A stretch of DNA of 64,000 bases, from the NCBI GenBank assembly GCA_053919585.1, contig CM132788.1. One strand, given 5' to 3'. The stretch is from Euprymna scolopes (Eukaryota). The notes under the pieces were generated by a model that saw only the letters and a list, made by a program, of their open reading frames with translations, was not told where the DNA came from and made no database searches. Positions 38,447-51,259 of the stretch are shown here, piece after piece (within the stretch, counting starts at the first letter, position 1; the number at the start of each line of letters is the position of its first letter). The translations under genes and the position numbers were made by a program.

Positions 38447-40106
38447 CCTGCTTCCAAGTCATTTATATGAATATGTCTTATGAAAATGCAAACATATATC
38501 TCACTTTCTTTTTCTCTCATATACACGTGTGCGCGCGCACACACACACACACACACTAATTCCATATTTATCTCCCCTTTTTACACTTACCACATTTAGG
38601 AATTTCAAACTTATGTCCTGCTCCTGACCTGTAAAGTGTTCCAAATATTCCAAAACAAAATAGGTAAAAAACATCTAGTTTCTTTTATATGGTGCTAGAC
38701 AGCAACTGACCTTTAAAATGTTGGTACTTTTGAACTTTATTTAATGACTGTAGAAAGTTTGTTTCAATTAATTTGGGTTTTTGTATAGCCTATTTCTATA
38801 ACGGCATGTTATTTTCTTTACCTTAAAAAAAAAAATTAAACCAGACCAAGAAATGCGTTAATTTTTTTTTTTTTGCACATTGATAAAATCACATACTCTT
38901 CTAAACTCCCAAACCCCTAAAAAAGAATAGTTTCTACATTTTTAGGCACTTATATATGAACATTCTCAAAAATATTATCAGAAAGAAGGAAAACAATAAA
39001 AAAAAACAATTTAGAATTTAAAGTGGGAGATCAATATTATGTATAAATGTAACATAAAGTGATGCCTTATTTTCGGACCATTCTCGAGTTTTAGAGTAGT
39101 TAACAAAATTCTTTTACAAGTTACCCTAAGTTTGAGTGACTGCCAGTTCAGCCTAGTTCAGGCTAGATTAGAAGACCATGACGAATGTTTCGGAAAAAAA
39201 TCATTTATTGGAGAATAATAATTTATCAGAATGTTTTGCAAAAATCATTTATTGGAGAGAAAGAACACAATTACAATAAATAAATAGAAATCAAAAATGA
39301 TATTATCAATGAAAAAACATTTAAAATGTCTGGTACAAATGAGTTCCCTGAAAGAATTTAAAATACCGGGTACAAAATTAACTTAACATTGGTAAGAGGG
39401 GACAATACAAATTGAAGATTATTCGAAACGAAATGGCAACAGTCAAGAAAGTTCCAAAGCATCAATATCATTATTCACATGTCTAATGAAAATAACACTA
39501 ATAAACATTCAGGCAGTATAGTTTACAGCCAAGAAATAAAAAAACCCAAAAAACAAACAAAATATACAAATAATTTTTACCAAACGCAAGAAAATGTAAT
39601 TTTCTACTGACCTGTATAATTTTGAAGTATGGAAACTGATTGTAAGATTTACCATCTCTGATTTTGTTGTCACTTTCACTAAGACAAGCACTAGTAAGTA
39701 AAAAAAAAATGGCAGCCGATTTTGCTTGAAGATGGTCACTAATATCAGATTAAAAGATCATTTTAAAAAAAAATGCTTATCCTACCATTAATCCTAAGTC
39801 CAGGGTAGGGTTGCCACTCGAACTTAGAGTTAGTGGTAAGGTAAGCAATTTTATTTTTAAAAAAATTAAATAATAACAATAGTGCAGATTGATTGAGCAC
39901 CTTGGAATTTTACCGTATTCAAGAGACAGATAGCGATGCAATCTTATATTGAAATTAAAAAGACAATTTTGAAAGAGTTTCAGGACTTTAAAACTATTCA
40001 GGCCGGTAAAAATATAATTTTCTTGCATTTGGCAAAAGTTATTTATTATATATTTTGTTTGTTTTCGATTTTTTTGGCTCTTACTTGAATGCCCAACAAC
40101 AACAAC

Positions 40107-40140
<34 letters not shown>

Positions 40141-40253
40141 GCACCAGTGTAGTCTCAGATGCGTTGATGTATGCTGAGACCTTTGAGTGAATGAAACAAA
40201 TGTTGAAAAGAGAAGAAAACTAAATTCATTGAGGAAAAGCCAAGTTGTACATA

Positions 40254-43043
40254 CCTTACTTTGGGGCAATTGCACTGCTTTTTTTGGTAATTTTTTTTAT
40301 ATTACTAATGTTAAATAGTGATTAGATTTAGTTTATTATCTCAAAGTAAAGATATATGAATTTAGAAAGTATACTAAAAAAATGAAGTTGGTGAACCTAT
40401 TATTAGTACATTTATATAAGGAATAAACGTGATGGCGCAGTTGCCCCATACTCTGGGGTAACTGCGCCATTCATGGGATAATCTGTCCCAATCAATATAA
40501 AATTAAAGTATGTTGTGCAAAAACAGTTTGAAATCAATTTTTAGTCCTTCAAATAAAGATCACAAAGTACAGGAAACAGAATATTAAAATATTCTAGAAA
40601 ATCAGAAATAAGTTAATTTTTAGAAAATAAGACACAATGTTGGGAACATACAATATAAAATGAACAAAACTCCTTTACCATACATATAGTCAAGAAGAAA
40701 TGAACTGTCAATTTGTTGACAGGATCACAAAATACCCTACAATATTTAGGATACAATGAGACCTTTAGCACTGAAAAGATCTTTTAAAAATTAATTTCCT
40801 CTTCACACACACTCAGGTTTATCAAATTTTAATATAATTTGGTATGTTGGTGTTACAGTAATATCTGGGACATCGGGCTCTTGGAATGCTAGAAACCCAG
40901 CCATCACTTTCTGTGCTTTTACTTTGTGAAAGTACCGAACATCCCAGGCAACATTTTCAATCAAGTTCAATAAAGTGCCTATAAAATGATAGTCTTTATT
41001 TTTGCCTCTACCTTGATAGTGCATTAAAGCATAGTCACCCTTTTCAAACTCTTCAATCTGTAATGGTTCTGTAGGATTTAGATCAACGACAGTGTCATTA
41101 TTTGACTGAAAGTTCATCCACGTCACTGTCAGATGACTCGTGCACAAGTCTCTGCAAGGCAAGTTTAATTTTCTTGGTAGGCGGCTTTCACGAGGGTGTC
41201 CCAGAAGTTGATGCTTGTAGGTTAGCAACAGTGACACTTTTGCCTGGCTCTACCTGAATTCTCTTGGCTTTTGCTCTTTGTGGTTTTTGAGATGCATCCT
41301 CCCTGAGCTTCCTCAGGTGGTCAATCACTAAGGGGCTGGCAATTTTTCAAGGTGACTCAGCTGGTGTCTTTTTCAGTTTTGCTATTATGCGATTCCTGTT
41401 CAATGAGTAAATACCACATGCCCGAAACCCACTTTTAGCAAGTTCTAAAAAGTTTTCCATCCCCTCTAGTAGGTTATAAAGCAGACCTGGAAATGCATGT
41501 TTCGGTAAGGCGGTATAATGCTTCTCTTGTCCTTTTTTCCAGTCGGTAAGAACCTCACGCCATACACTTTTCATAGGCCCATAAACAGCTACATCAAGGG
41601 GTTGCAAGATGTCAGTACTATTAGGTGGCTAGAATATATATCTGATTTGCAGATCTGCAATATTTCTGCACCAAAATTGGTGCTCAAATTATCCCCAATG
41701 ATAACACTTGAGTGTTCGATCAGACACCCTCATTAGTGCCACTTGAAAAGTCTCATCTGTGCCGTGACGGGGCTTGTAATTCCGTAGTCGATGGAAGTAT
41801 GAAACAGCAACTCTTTTGAACCAGTCAGTGAACAAGTAGTTATCGAACCACCGAGATTCACTTCTGTTATATGTGGCATGAACTGCACCACCTAGAAACC
41901 AATTATCCATGAGGCATTCACGTTTATAAACAACATAAGATGCTAGCACACTCCCACTGGCAGAACAAGCAAACATAACCGATATGGAAGTCTTTGAAAC
42001 ATTCATTACCCTTTCAGCATGTTTAATAGCCTTTCTAATCACTAGTTTTTTCCCCTTAGAATTATCATCCAAATTGACAATGTTTTCAGGTGGGATACCC
42101 TCGAGAGACACGCTAAGATTATCAAAAAAATTATCCACTTCACTAACACATACTGCTGCCCGCTTCCTGCCAATATTTTGACAAACACGATGTGTCAGTT
42201 GTATCTTTTCATAAATGCATCCACCCAATCCATCCCAGGCAAATTGTCTGTAAATTGGACTACATTCCTACCAGCTTTATCTAAATAGAATTTAACAAAA
42301 TAGCATAATTCAATCTTGTAAAAAGCATACCCAAAGTCACTAAGGGCAGCAGCATGACCTACTATACAATCCTCTTTCTCTGGAAGCAAGTCTTCCAGTA
42401 ACATTACTTGGCCGAGTATCACTAATCCTCTCACGTAATGATCTCCTGGGTATGCCCATTTTATGAGAAACTGTTGATTGACTCGCGATCAGACACCCTC
42501 ATTAGTGCCACTTGAAAAGTCTCATCTGTGCCGTGACGGGGCTTGTAATTCCGCACCATTTTAGTGGTTACGACTCGAATTTACCTGTAAATAAAAAAAA
42601 AACTCTTTATTTAATTATTATTATTATATATGCATTAATATCAGGATATAAAAATGACACAATTACCCCTTACAAAGATGGCGCAGTTACCCCATTAGTA
42701 CATATCAGGTATTATGCTTCAGGTTATTATCTCAAATGTTTGTCAGAACATACCTTATAGTACTGACCAGAATAAGTGATAGTATTTTGAAGTATGCAGG
42801 CAACTTTATTCATATCTTACTAGAGCTTAGCGTTTCCAGCTAATAATGTTGCAAAAAAAAAAAATCATTTTCCTCAAAATAGAATACATATAATTCATGA
42901 AACAATGAAAATTAGGGATTATGAAGAAAAATGACTAGTAATTAAATTCCAATTGGCTATATTTTCATAATTGCTAAAATTTTTGGCAACCACGCATATA
43001 AAGAACACTTTTCGTTAGTTAGCACAATTACCCCAAAGTATGG
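40254..43043 (-). mobile_element. pogo/Tigger-like (Tc1/mariner superfamily) DNA transposon, 2790 bp
   Basis: Imperfect 23-bp TIRs (ccttactttggggcaattgcact / agcacaattaccccaaagtatgg), each flanked by TA; encloses a decayed transposase. Confidence 0.85.
40803..42559 (-). pseudogene. DDE_1 (CENP-B/pogo-type) transposase pseudogene
   Basis: MVRNYKP start and GIPRRSL psq-type HTH; NLPGMDWVDAFMKR; IVNLD; SVMFACSASG; IIGDNL; PPNSTDILQPLDVAVYGPMK; SGFRACGIY. Split by frameshifts. Confidence 0.9.
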
Positions 43044-43452
43044 TACTCATTAAAAAAAAAAAAATAAATAAATAAAAAAATTTTTTAAAAAGAGAAAATT
43101 ATTGATGCTTTTGTCTTTTGTCGTATCCATGGTAACTGAGAAGAGGAAATATAGGTAAATCTTCCATTCAGTTCCTATTCTCTCAATAATCGTAGCCATA
43201 CCCCACACCCCTTCCACTTGAAGAATAGATTTTTATTTTTATTTTACTAAATGACTATTTAAAGTATCACCTGTATATTAAAAAGGTTACCCTACTTTTT
43301 TTCAACTAAATTGCCTATATGTGAGTGTTTATCTTAACTAATATTTCATACTGGATGATTCTCCACCACCCTGCTAAAAAAATGCCACCTGTCTAATCAT
43401 TAATAAAATTCAAAATCCTTTCTGTAATCCAACCATTTTTGATACAAATGTA

Positions 43453-43536
43453 TTAGGTTGATGCAAAAATAATGTCACTTTTTGACGTATATATATCTGA
43501 TTAAAAAAAAACGACATTATTTTGGCACCAACCTAA
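43453..43536. mobile_element. 84-bp mariner-type MITE (MADE1-like)
   Basis: TA|ttaggttgatgcaaaaataatgtc...gacattattttggcaccaacctaa|TA. Confidence 0.85.
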
Positions 43537-44953
43537 TATTTCAGTCGATGCCTAACTTGTCCACTAATTTTCAGTTATTAATGTCTAACTGTTTGTTTTA
43601 TAGTTGTTAAATAATATGCAGGGACACTGATAGTTTCATCAGTAGGAGGTATAATACTGAATGAGCTTCACATTCACTGAACCATAACCTCTCAGGTTTT
43701 TATCTATGAAGTTAGTGATAATGACCTTTTCTGAACTGAAGAGGGTGCATATTTGTGGCATATCATTGAATGTTAAAATAAAGACTGTTGGATATTCATA
43801 ACTGAAACTTGGTGGTTTATCAGGCATAAATTGAAGTTTATTTGCACCAAATATGGTTGGATTGTAGAAATATTGTGAATTTCATGTATCATTTTTTAAG
43901 GCGAAGGAGGTGTTACCCTATATTTACTTGACTAAAAAGAAAAAAACAAAAATGTGTATAGGTTTAATGGAACAAAAAATTGTTTTGTGTGTGTGTGTGC
44001 GTGTGCGTATTTTTTTTTTTTTTTTTTTTAATTGGCTATGGAATACTTTACATCCTATTTTATGGATCGAATTCCTATAATCTGTGATCTTTTGAACTTT
44101 GATTATTTTTTTTATCATTGATGATTATTTTTTATCTTAAAAATTTGAACTTTTAGTGACCATGCATTTTCTGTAAACTGACAAACTTCCATGCATTCGG
44201 AAAAAAAAAACCAACAACAAAAAAACAGAACAATCATTACATCGAAAAGCTATATAAAGTCAGGATGAAAAAAAAAAATTTTTTTTTTTAATAAGTTTTT
44301 TTTTTAAGATCACAATATCGTCTTCCTAGAGAACTGTGAATTTAAGGGGGAAAAAAGAAAAAATAGAATTAAAAAAAATGTAAAACCTAGATATTTTTTA
44401 CTGCTTGCTTAGCCGCTACGATTTGATGATATCTGATATCATTAATAACCCCAAACATATTTATAACTGCTGTGTGGATATAACAATAATAATGTCTGAT
44501 TGATATTCAGACTTTTTTGTTTAATACAATATTTTAGGAAATTGATTTCAACATTTTCATTTGATATGAGTTTGATGTCTGTGGGAAGATCCGATTCTTG
44601 TCATAAAAAACTCGATTTGCATATTTAAAAAAATTATGAACACTTTTTTTTTTTTTTTTTTGCTATATTCTTTAATTTTAATTTCAATTATATTTTTTTT
44701 AAATGTTCAACATTTCTCTTTTTTCTTACCAAATGTATTCTAAACTGATTAAAAAAAGTATAAAAACTGAACATTTTTGATGTTATTAGTTTTAATCATC
44801 ATTAACACCTTTCCTTCCTTTTGTTTTCCAGTCGGAGATCAAGAAATGCATATCATAAAAACATTTACAAAAATAATAAAAATAAAACAACAAAAAACAT
44901 TAGAACAAGTTGTACATTTTTATGTTGGGGAAGTTTTTAGATGAGGGTTGATC

Positions 44954-45531
44954 ATTTGGATTATTCGAACTACTGGTTTCATCTTGGATGTTATTCTAAA
45001 CGTTTTGCCTGATGTAAACTCCGACTTTCTTCAGCAATCTTTATGTTGAATTTGTAAATCTGTAACAGAATTTCACTAAATCCTTTATTCAATCCTCGTG
45101 AATGGATTGTTCTCGTCCCATCAGCCATAACCATGTAGAAGTCTTATAAAAATTCATTATTATATTCTTAGTTCTGAAACTTCAACCTCCAGAAGATTGT
45201 CACTTAGAATTGATTATACTTGGCACTTTTATCCGTTGAGCCAGGGTCTATGTGGACACAGGATGCAAAAGACAAAGTACAAATCAGTACAGGAGATCTT
45301 AAGATTATGATTAAGAAATACTTAAGATTTCTAACCAGTAATGGCTGATGGACCAAGAACAATGTAACTCCTCCATCTGTAGATGAAATAAATGGTTCAG
45401 TTCAAAATTTTTTTACAGATTTTTCATTTCAACAAAGTGTACTTGAAGAAGGTTGGTACTTTGTTCGAAACTTTGTGAGAGAATGAGAGAATAACCTCCA
45501 AGATGAGAACAGAGGTGTGGATAATCCAAAT
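44954..45531. mobile_element. Family P pair C: full - copy (44954-45248) plus + 3' half (~45320-45531)
   Basis: Outer ends atttggattattcg... and ...ggataatccaaat; - head GACCCTGGCTCAACGGATAAAAG; hammerhead-like cores at ~44995-45035 (-) and ~45442-45480 (+). Confidence 0.8.
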
Positions 45532-45611
45532 TTTACATTTTTATTTCTGACATTGTTATTAGTTTTAAAGTCCAACACCTTTCTATTTCATATTTCGAAA
45601 TTTTTCAAATT

Positions 45612-46120
45612 AGGATGGTTAGTATTTTCATATTTTCGACTGATGTAATCTTTGACTTTCTTCAGCTGCATCTCTTTGAACTTGAAAATCTGTAGGAATT
45701 TCATCCTGAAGCATTTATTTAATCCATGGGTGTAGATTGTTTTCATTCTATCAGCCATGAGCAAGTAGAAGTGTTAATTGTTATATTATCCTTAGCTATT
45801 ATCACCAGTAGTATGGGCACTTGGTGCAACGGATAAAGGCGTTGATTGAGTGACAGGTTTCTGGAGATTGATAGTTGAATCCTTACTACAGATGATAATA
45901 ACTAAGAATATGATAATTAACACTACTACCCGGTTATGGCTGATGGAGCAAGAACAATCTACATATGATCTGTTTTGTTTGAAATTCTGTAGAAATAATT
46001 GAGTTTGACATAAAGATTCTCAAATTTTTAAAGATGTACCTGAAGAAGGTCTGAACTTACATCGGCCAAAACGTTGTGAAAATAATAACCAAGATGAGAA
46101 TAATAATCCAAATAATCTAA
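45612..46120. mobile_element. Family P pair D: headless - copy (45612-~45812) plus full + copy (45815-46120)
   Basis: + head GGGCACTTGGTGCAACGGATAAAGGCG...GGAGATTGATAGTTGAATCC; tail gatgtacCTGAAGAaggtctgaacttacatcggccAAAAcgttgtg...aataatccaaat. Confidence 0.8.
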
Positions 46121-46557
46121 CACAAAGTTCGATTTAATTTTACTAAGATGCTTTTTTAATTCTCTAATATATTAGCGCAATACTGTAAAAAATAATCTTT
46201 TTAAGTTAGATATTATGTGTTGCTGAAAGATTTCCTTTCCTTGTTATCATTTTTTTTTTTTTCATAACATTTTGGCCGCTATGCTGTTTGCCATTAACGA
46301 TTATGACCATAATCCTCATTGAAGGAATTTAAGAAGAAAAACTAATACTGCTATATATCGAGGTGGCCTTGATGAAGAAGGATACAAAATGAGTTGTCAA
46401 GAGAGTCAAAAGTTAAAATTTGACATAACATGCATAGGAAATCGTGGGTGAAAATTAGGAAGTGAAAGTCAGGGACCACGTGACCAAGAAGTGAGGGACA
46501 GAAATCGGTGGGAGGCAAGGCGAACACAGGTGTTGGCATGTAGCTTTTCATATATAG

Positions 46558-46617
<60 letters not shown>

Positions 46618-47318
46618 CATGAGTCTAAGATAAAGCAAAATAAAGAACTATATAATGTACGGGTATAAATACCTTTATATCAATTAATGATGTAATTATG
46701 TAATTAATAACGAATTGGCTACAGACCTACCCCTACAAAGACTCCCCAACCAGAGACTTACCCAGTTCAACAGAACAGTTCTAGTGAGCAAATACGCATT
46801 TCAGAGCCTTCGTTTTTATCTCTTTTTTTTTATAAAATTTTTCTCATCCTTATATCTAACTATATCATCATAATGGTATACAACAATTCGAGAAGGGCTT
46901 TATAACACACTACTGCAGGAATGTTTCCCTGCAGATTACAACATAATTGTCTTTAAATCCAACATCAACTTGTCATAAACTATTCCATAAGTAATTGAAT
47001 TTAGTTCATACTGCATTGATCAATTTTAGTACTTTCATAGTGTTTTTACTGACAGCCATTCTGTCTTGTTAACCTTTAGTGGTTTGTGGTCTTGATAAGT
47101 ATTTGTCTAATCGTAAAGAAAAAAAATATTTAAAAAGCATGACATACAGAATAACAGCATTCTACTTCAGTGGCTCGAATAAAAGAAGGTTACCAATTAT
47201 AACAAAAGGTGCTCAAAAAAGGTCGGAGAGTGCAGCAGTCGAAACGCGTAAATTGCAAGAGTTTCAAACATGTAAATAACAATATCTAATTTCAAAATCG
47301 TCAAGTGTAGATATTATA

Positions 47319-47711
47319 CAGCCAGTAAAGGTACAGAATAGTTAATACTCGAAAACTCTAAAAACAACAACACATATTTTTTTATAAAATGCATTAGAAT
47401 GAGATTCTTTACCGAACCTGCCTTGTTTTAATACGTGGAAATGATTTGTAAGATTTTATACTGTTACAAAGAATCTCACAAATCAATTCGACACAAAAGA
47501 AAATGGCAGTTTCTGCCTTTTTTATTTTATTTACAAGCTCGCAAGTGTTAATTATTCTATACTGTTTATCATGTAAAATAATCTTCCATGCGTTAAACTT
47601 AGCCAGGTATGGTAGAGAATTTTATTCTAATGCGTTTTATATGAATTATGTGTTTTTCTTTTGTTTTGGATTACAAGTTCTCGAGTATTAACTATTCTGT
47701 ACCGTTACCTG
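47319..47711. mobile_element. MITE with long TIRs and TA flanks (Tc1/mariner-type ends)
   Basis: ggtacagaatagttaatactcgaaaact / agttctcgagtattaactattctgtacc; arms continue ~120 bp; TA|CAG...CTG|TA. Confidence 0.85.
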
Positions 47712-49342
47712 TACAACGTGGTCTTAGAAGGATGCATTTCTTTTCACGTTTCACTTAGACCTATTACTTTATCTATGAATGAAATGGTGCATCTTGAAAG
47801 ATAAACTTCTTAAAATAAAACTAATTCAATATTATATGAGTTAGAATATCAGTTGTGGATACCTACGAATGTGTAATGTAAAAAAGTAAATAGTTTTGTT
47901 TATTTTCACATAAAAATGCATTCTGGTGGATTTAATTTCACAATTAAAATATGTTTCAAAAAGGATATTTTTAAATTCGTTTTAGTACTTGGCACTCACA
48001 TTTTTGGTTTCAATAAAAAATAATAAGTCACGTAGAGCCGAGAAACACATGCATAGACACATAGAAGTGGTCCCATCATGTTATTAGTATAGAGATCTAT
48101 ATAATAACATGCTAAGGCAATTTATGTTCGTACATATGTTAACACCATGCACCTCTTGTATAAAAGATAGTATCACCTATGATGCAATGCCAAAAAATGT
48201 TCTTTTTAATTTCATCTGATGTTGCTGTTAAACGTCAAACAAAAAATAAAATATACTTTCCTGAGTTTCAGGCTAGGATCAGAGTATAGAATCTGTTTAA
48301 AGATGGTGCAATAATATCATTAGGTCTTCATTCGTATTAGGCATCCGTAGAATGAAAATATATGATAAACTCCTACAATAGTTTGGGAGATAGAATCCCC
48401 CACACTCTCCCCATAGCTAGAGATATTCAGAAACTCTATTAACCAGAGTACTTAGATAAGTATGTTTTGGTTTGAACAAAGGCGTTAGAATAATATCGTG
48501 AGGTCTGTGTTCGTGTTGAGTCTCCATAGAATGGGAATATTTTTTTAAGCACAGATGAACTATACAACAGTAGAATCCTCATGAATCCTGCTAGTTTTTA
48601 TTTATTGCTCATATCATGGAAAATTAAGTATCCTGGATTTAGAAGTTAGAAGTTCGTCTTAAGTTAATAAATTCAGCTTTACTTCTTGACTAGCCAATTT
48701 TAATTTGCTATTGTTGTACATTGTTATTATAAATCCAGTAAAAATTGATTATACACAAATGATACAAAATAGTGGAAAATTTCACCAACGTTTGTATTGA
48801 TGAATGCCTTAGTGAACTTAGAAGAAATGTGCTTTTGTTTCTATGCTATAGTTGTAGAAGAATTAGCCACTGTTTCTATCAGGCATTGGCCATTGTTTCT
48901 ATTTGAGCTTTTCTTTTTATTACTAACTCACTTGTTTTTGGCTTTGAATTTGTTGCTATAAATTTTGGACTTTTCAGATTTGAAGTTCTTTTATTTGAAA
49001 TCTGTTATTACATGTAAAATATGTATTTTTTTTTTTGTTTTAATGTATTTGCATGTTGAATTCTTTTTTCAGCGTATCACAGTACTTATGTTTTTATTTG
49101 ATATTTGATTATTTTCACAGAAAAATTAAGAAATGGTAAAAGAGGATAGTGTAGTTCCAACAAAAGAAATCTTTGTATTTAAAGGAGTGAGGTTATTTAT
49201 TAATATTAAAAATTTGTTTATTATTTAATAAGTTTTTTTTTTAAGTTTAGTGTTTAAATTTATATGCAATACATATTTTGAGTATTCTCTGCTCTCATCA
49301 GACATTCAGTGGTTTGAAAGTATGGGTTGTTATTGTTGTTGT

Positions 49343-49382
<40 letters not shown>

Positions 49383-49740
49383 TAAATAAATAAATAAATA
49401 AAGTTGAGTTAATAAACGTTTCTTCCTGTAAATATTTCTTTTATACATTTTGATTACAGAAAATACATGCAAAAATAATCTCTAGATTCAAGATTGAATT
49501 ATATTTTAAAAGAACTTCCATTTTAATTTGTCTAATTAGCAATAATTTTCAATTAATTGGTCAAGTGACATCACTTTTATCCTCTCTCATTGTATGCTCC
49601 TTGACCACCCTGCTCTTATTTTATCTATCACTCTCCCCCCTCCTCTCTCTCTCAGCAGCTGAAGGTAATAAGAATGGATAATAATAAGTTTATAAAGGTC
49701 CATTATAAACAAAGGGAATATTAGCAAATACCATTTAACC

Positions 49741-50062
49741 CAGGAGTGTTCAACAGGCGGCCCGTGAGCCACAACCTGGCCCACCAGACTAGTTAATGTG
49801 ACCCTTAGATAATATTTTTTTATACTTACACACTTTAATTTCGATTTTTTTTTTTTGAGATCGTAAAACCAGTTTTATCGTTCTTAAATCGACCGCACAA
49901 AATATCAAGTTTTTATTTCTAAATGTATTCACAATATTACTGAATGTACTTAATTACTTAACTATAGTTTTCATAAGGGTTAATTTTCTTACGATAACTG
50001 GCCCTCATTGTTGTGACAAAGTTCAAATGTGGCTCAACGTTAGAAAATATTACACACCCCTG
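49741..50062. mobile_element. hAT (Charlie-like) MITE, 322 bp
   Basis: CAGGAGTG...CACCCCTG termini with a perfect 8-bp TSD ATTTAACC; subterminal ggcggccc motifs. Confidence 0.9.
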
Positions 50063-50076
50063 ATTTAACCCATAGC

Positions 50077-50128
<52 letters not shown>

Positions 50129-51075
50129 TAGACAGAGCAAAAATGAACTAGTTTAATATTTATAAATTATTAATTTAAAAACTATAAATTACATATTCCA
50201 CAGATGTACCATAATTTTATTGACACACAGAACTTTACTGTTTATAAAAGACCCTTATGTTACAATTAAGTCTCATACATCCATATAGACTTATAGAATT
50301 TTGTACTTTCTCCAAAACGACACTTGAAAGAAATCACCAGACGATAAAAGATCATCACCTGTTGTTTTTCAAACTGTCTTCATTCTGTAATTGATTAATT
50401 GAATGGGTTGTAAGAGCCTTTCTGAAACAGTAAGGACCTTTCTATGTCAATGAAACCATAGACTATATCCCTGGAATATGTAATGTATAGCTTTTAAATA
50501 AATAATTTTTATTTTAGGTCTGGCATTCTTACAATGCAGCACTTTACTGATTTCTTTTCAACAGAAACCCTAATGCCATACATATATATATATATATATA
50601 TATATAAATGATAGATTTAGTTGTATCTAGTCGCATATGATTGAAATAGAATATTGAACAATAAAAGAGGTTACCATCTTCCATTAATAAGATCATATTT
50701 CCACAACTACATAGGTATCAACTTTTATTCAAGAGAACACTGGAACGCAATGAGAATTGTTAAGTAGACTAGTTTTTGTCAATAAACGAATGCTGTATCC
50801 TGGAGTTCCAATCTAGCTGGCGGCTTATAGTGAAATGGCAAACACAAGATAGCAGCTTCTCAAGGGGTAATCAAAACGGGAAGGGATCTTGCGTTTTATT
50901 TGGAGCGCCAAGATATATTTTACGTGTATTTATCTTGAATTTGCTCAGATGTGTCATAATCATAATGCAATTAACAATCCAGGCTCGAGTGTGTATGCAT
51001 ATGCCAAACCACAACTCAATTCAATGCATGATAATACACGTACATTTAAGCAAAATATGTCACTCAGATAACTGC

Positions 51076-51259
51076 TAGTGTTGAGTTTAGGAAACCATGT
51101 GCGGCCATTTTGAATCTGAAGAGAGGAAGTTAGTACATAATAAAAGTGGAATCGAGTAAGCCATGTCTAAATTAATGGTGTGAAAATACAGATGCTCCGG
51201 TTATGTATTTACTTCTCAGATTCAAAATGGCTAAATGTGTATTATTGACCTCAACACTA
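51076..51259. mobile_element. Palindromic MITE
   Basis: tagtgttgag/ctcaacacta ends; inner gccattttgaatctga/tcagattcaaaatggc; no clear TSD. Confidence 0.7.
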
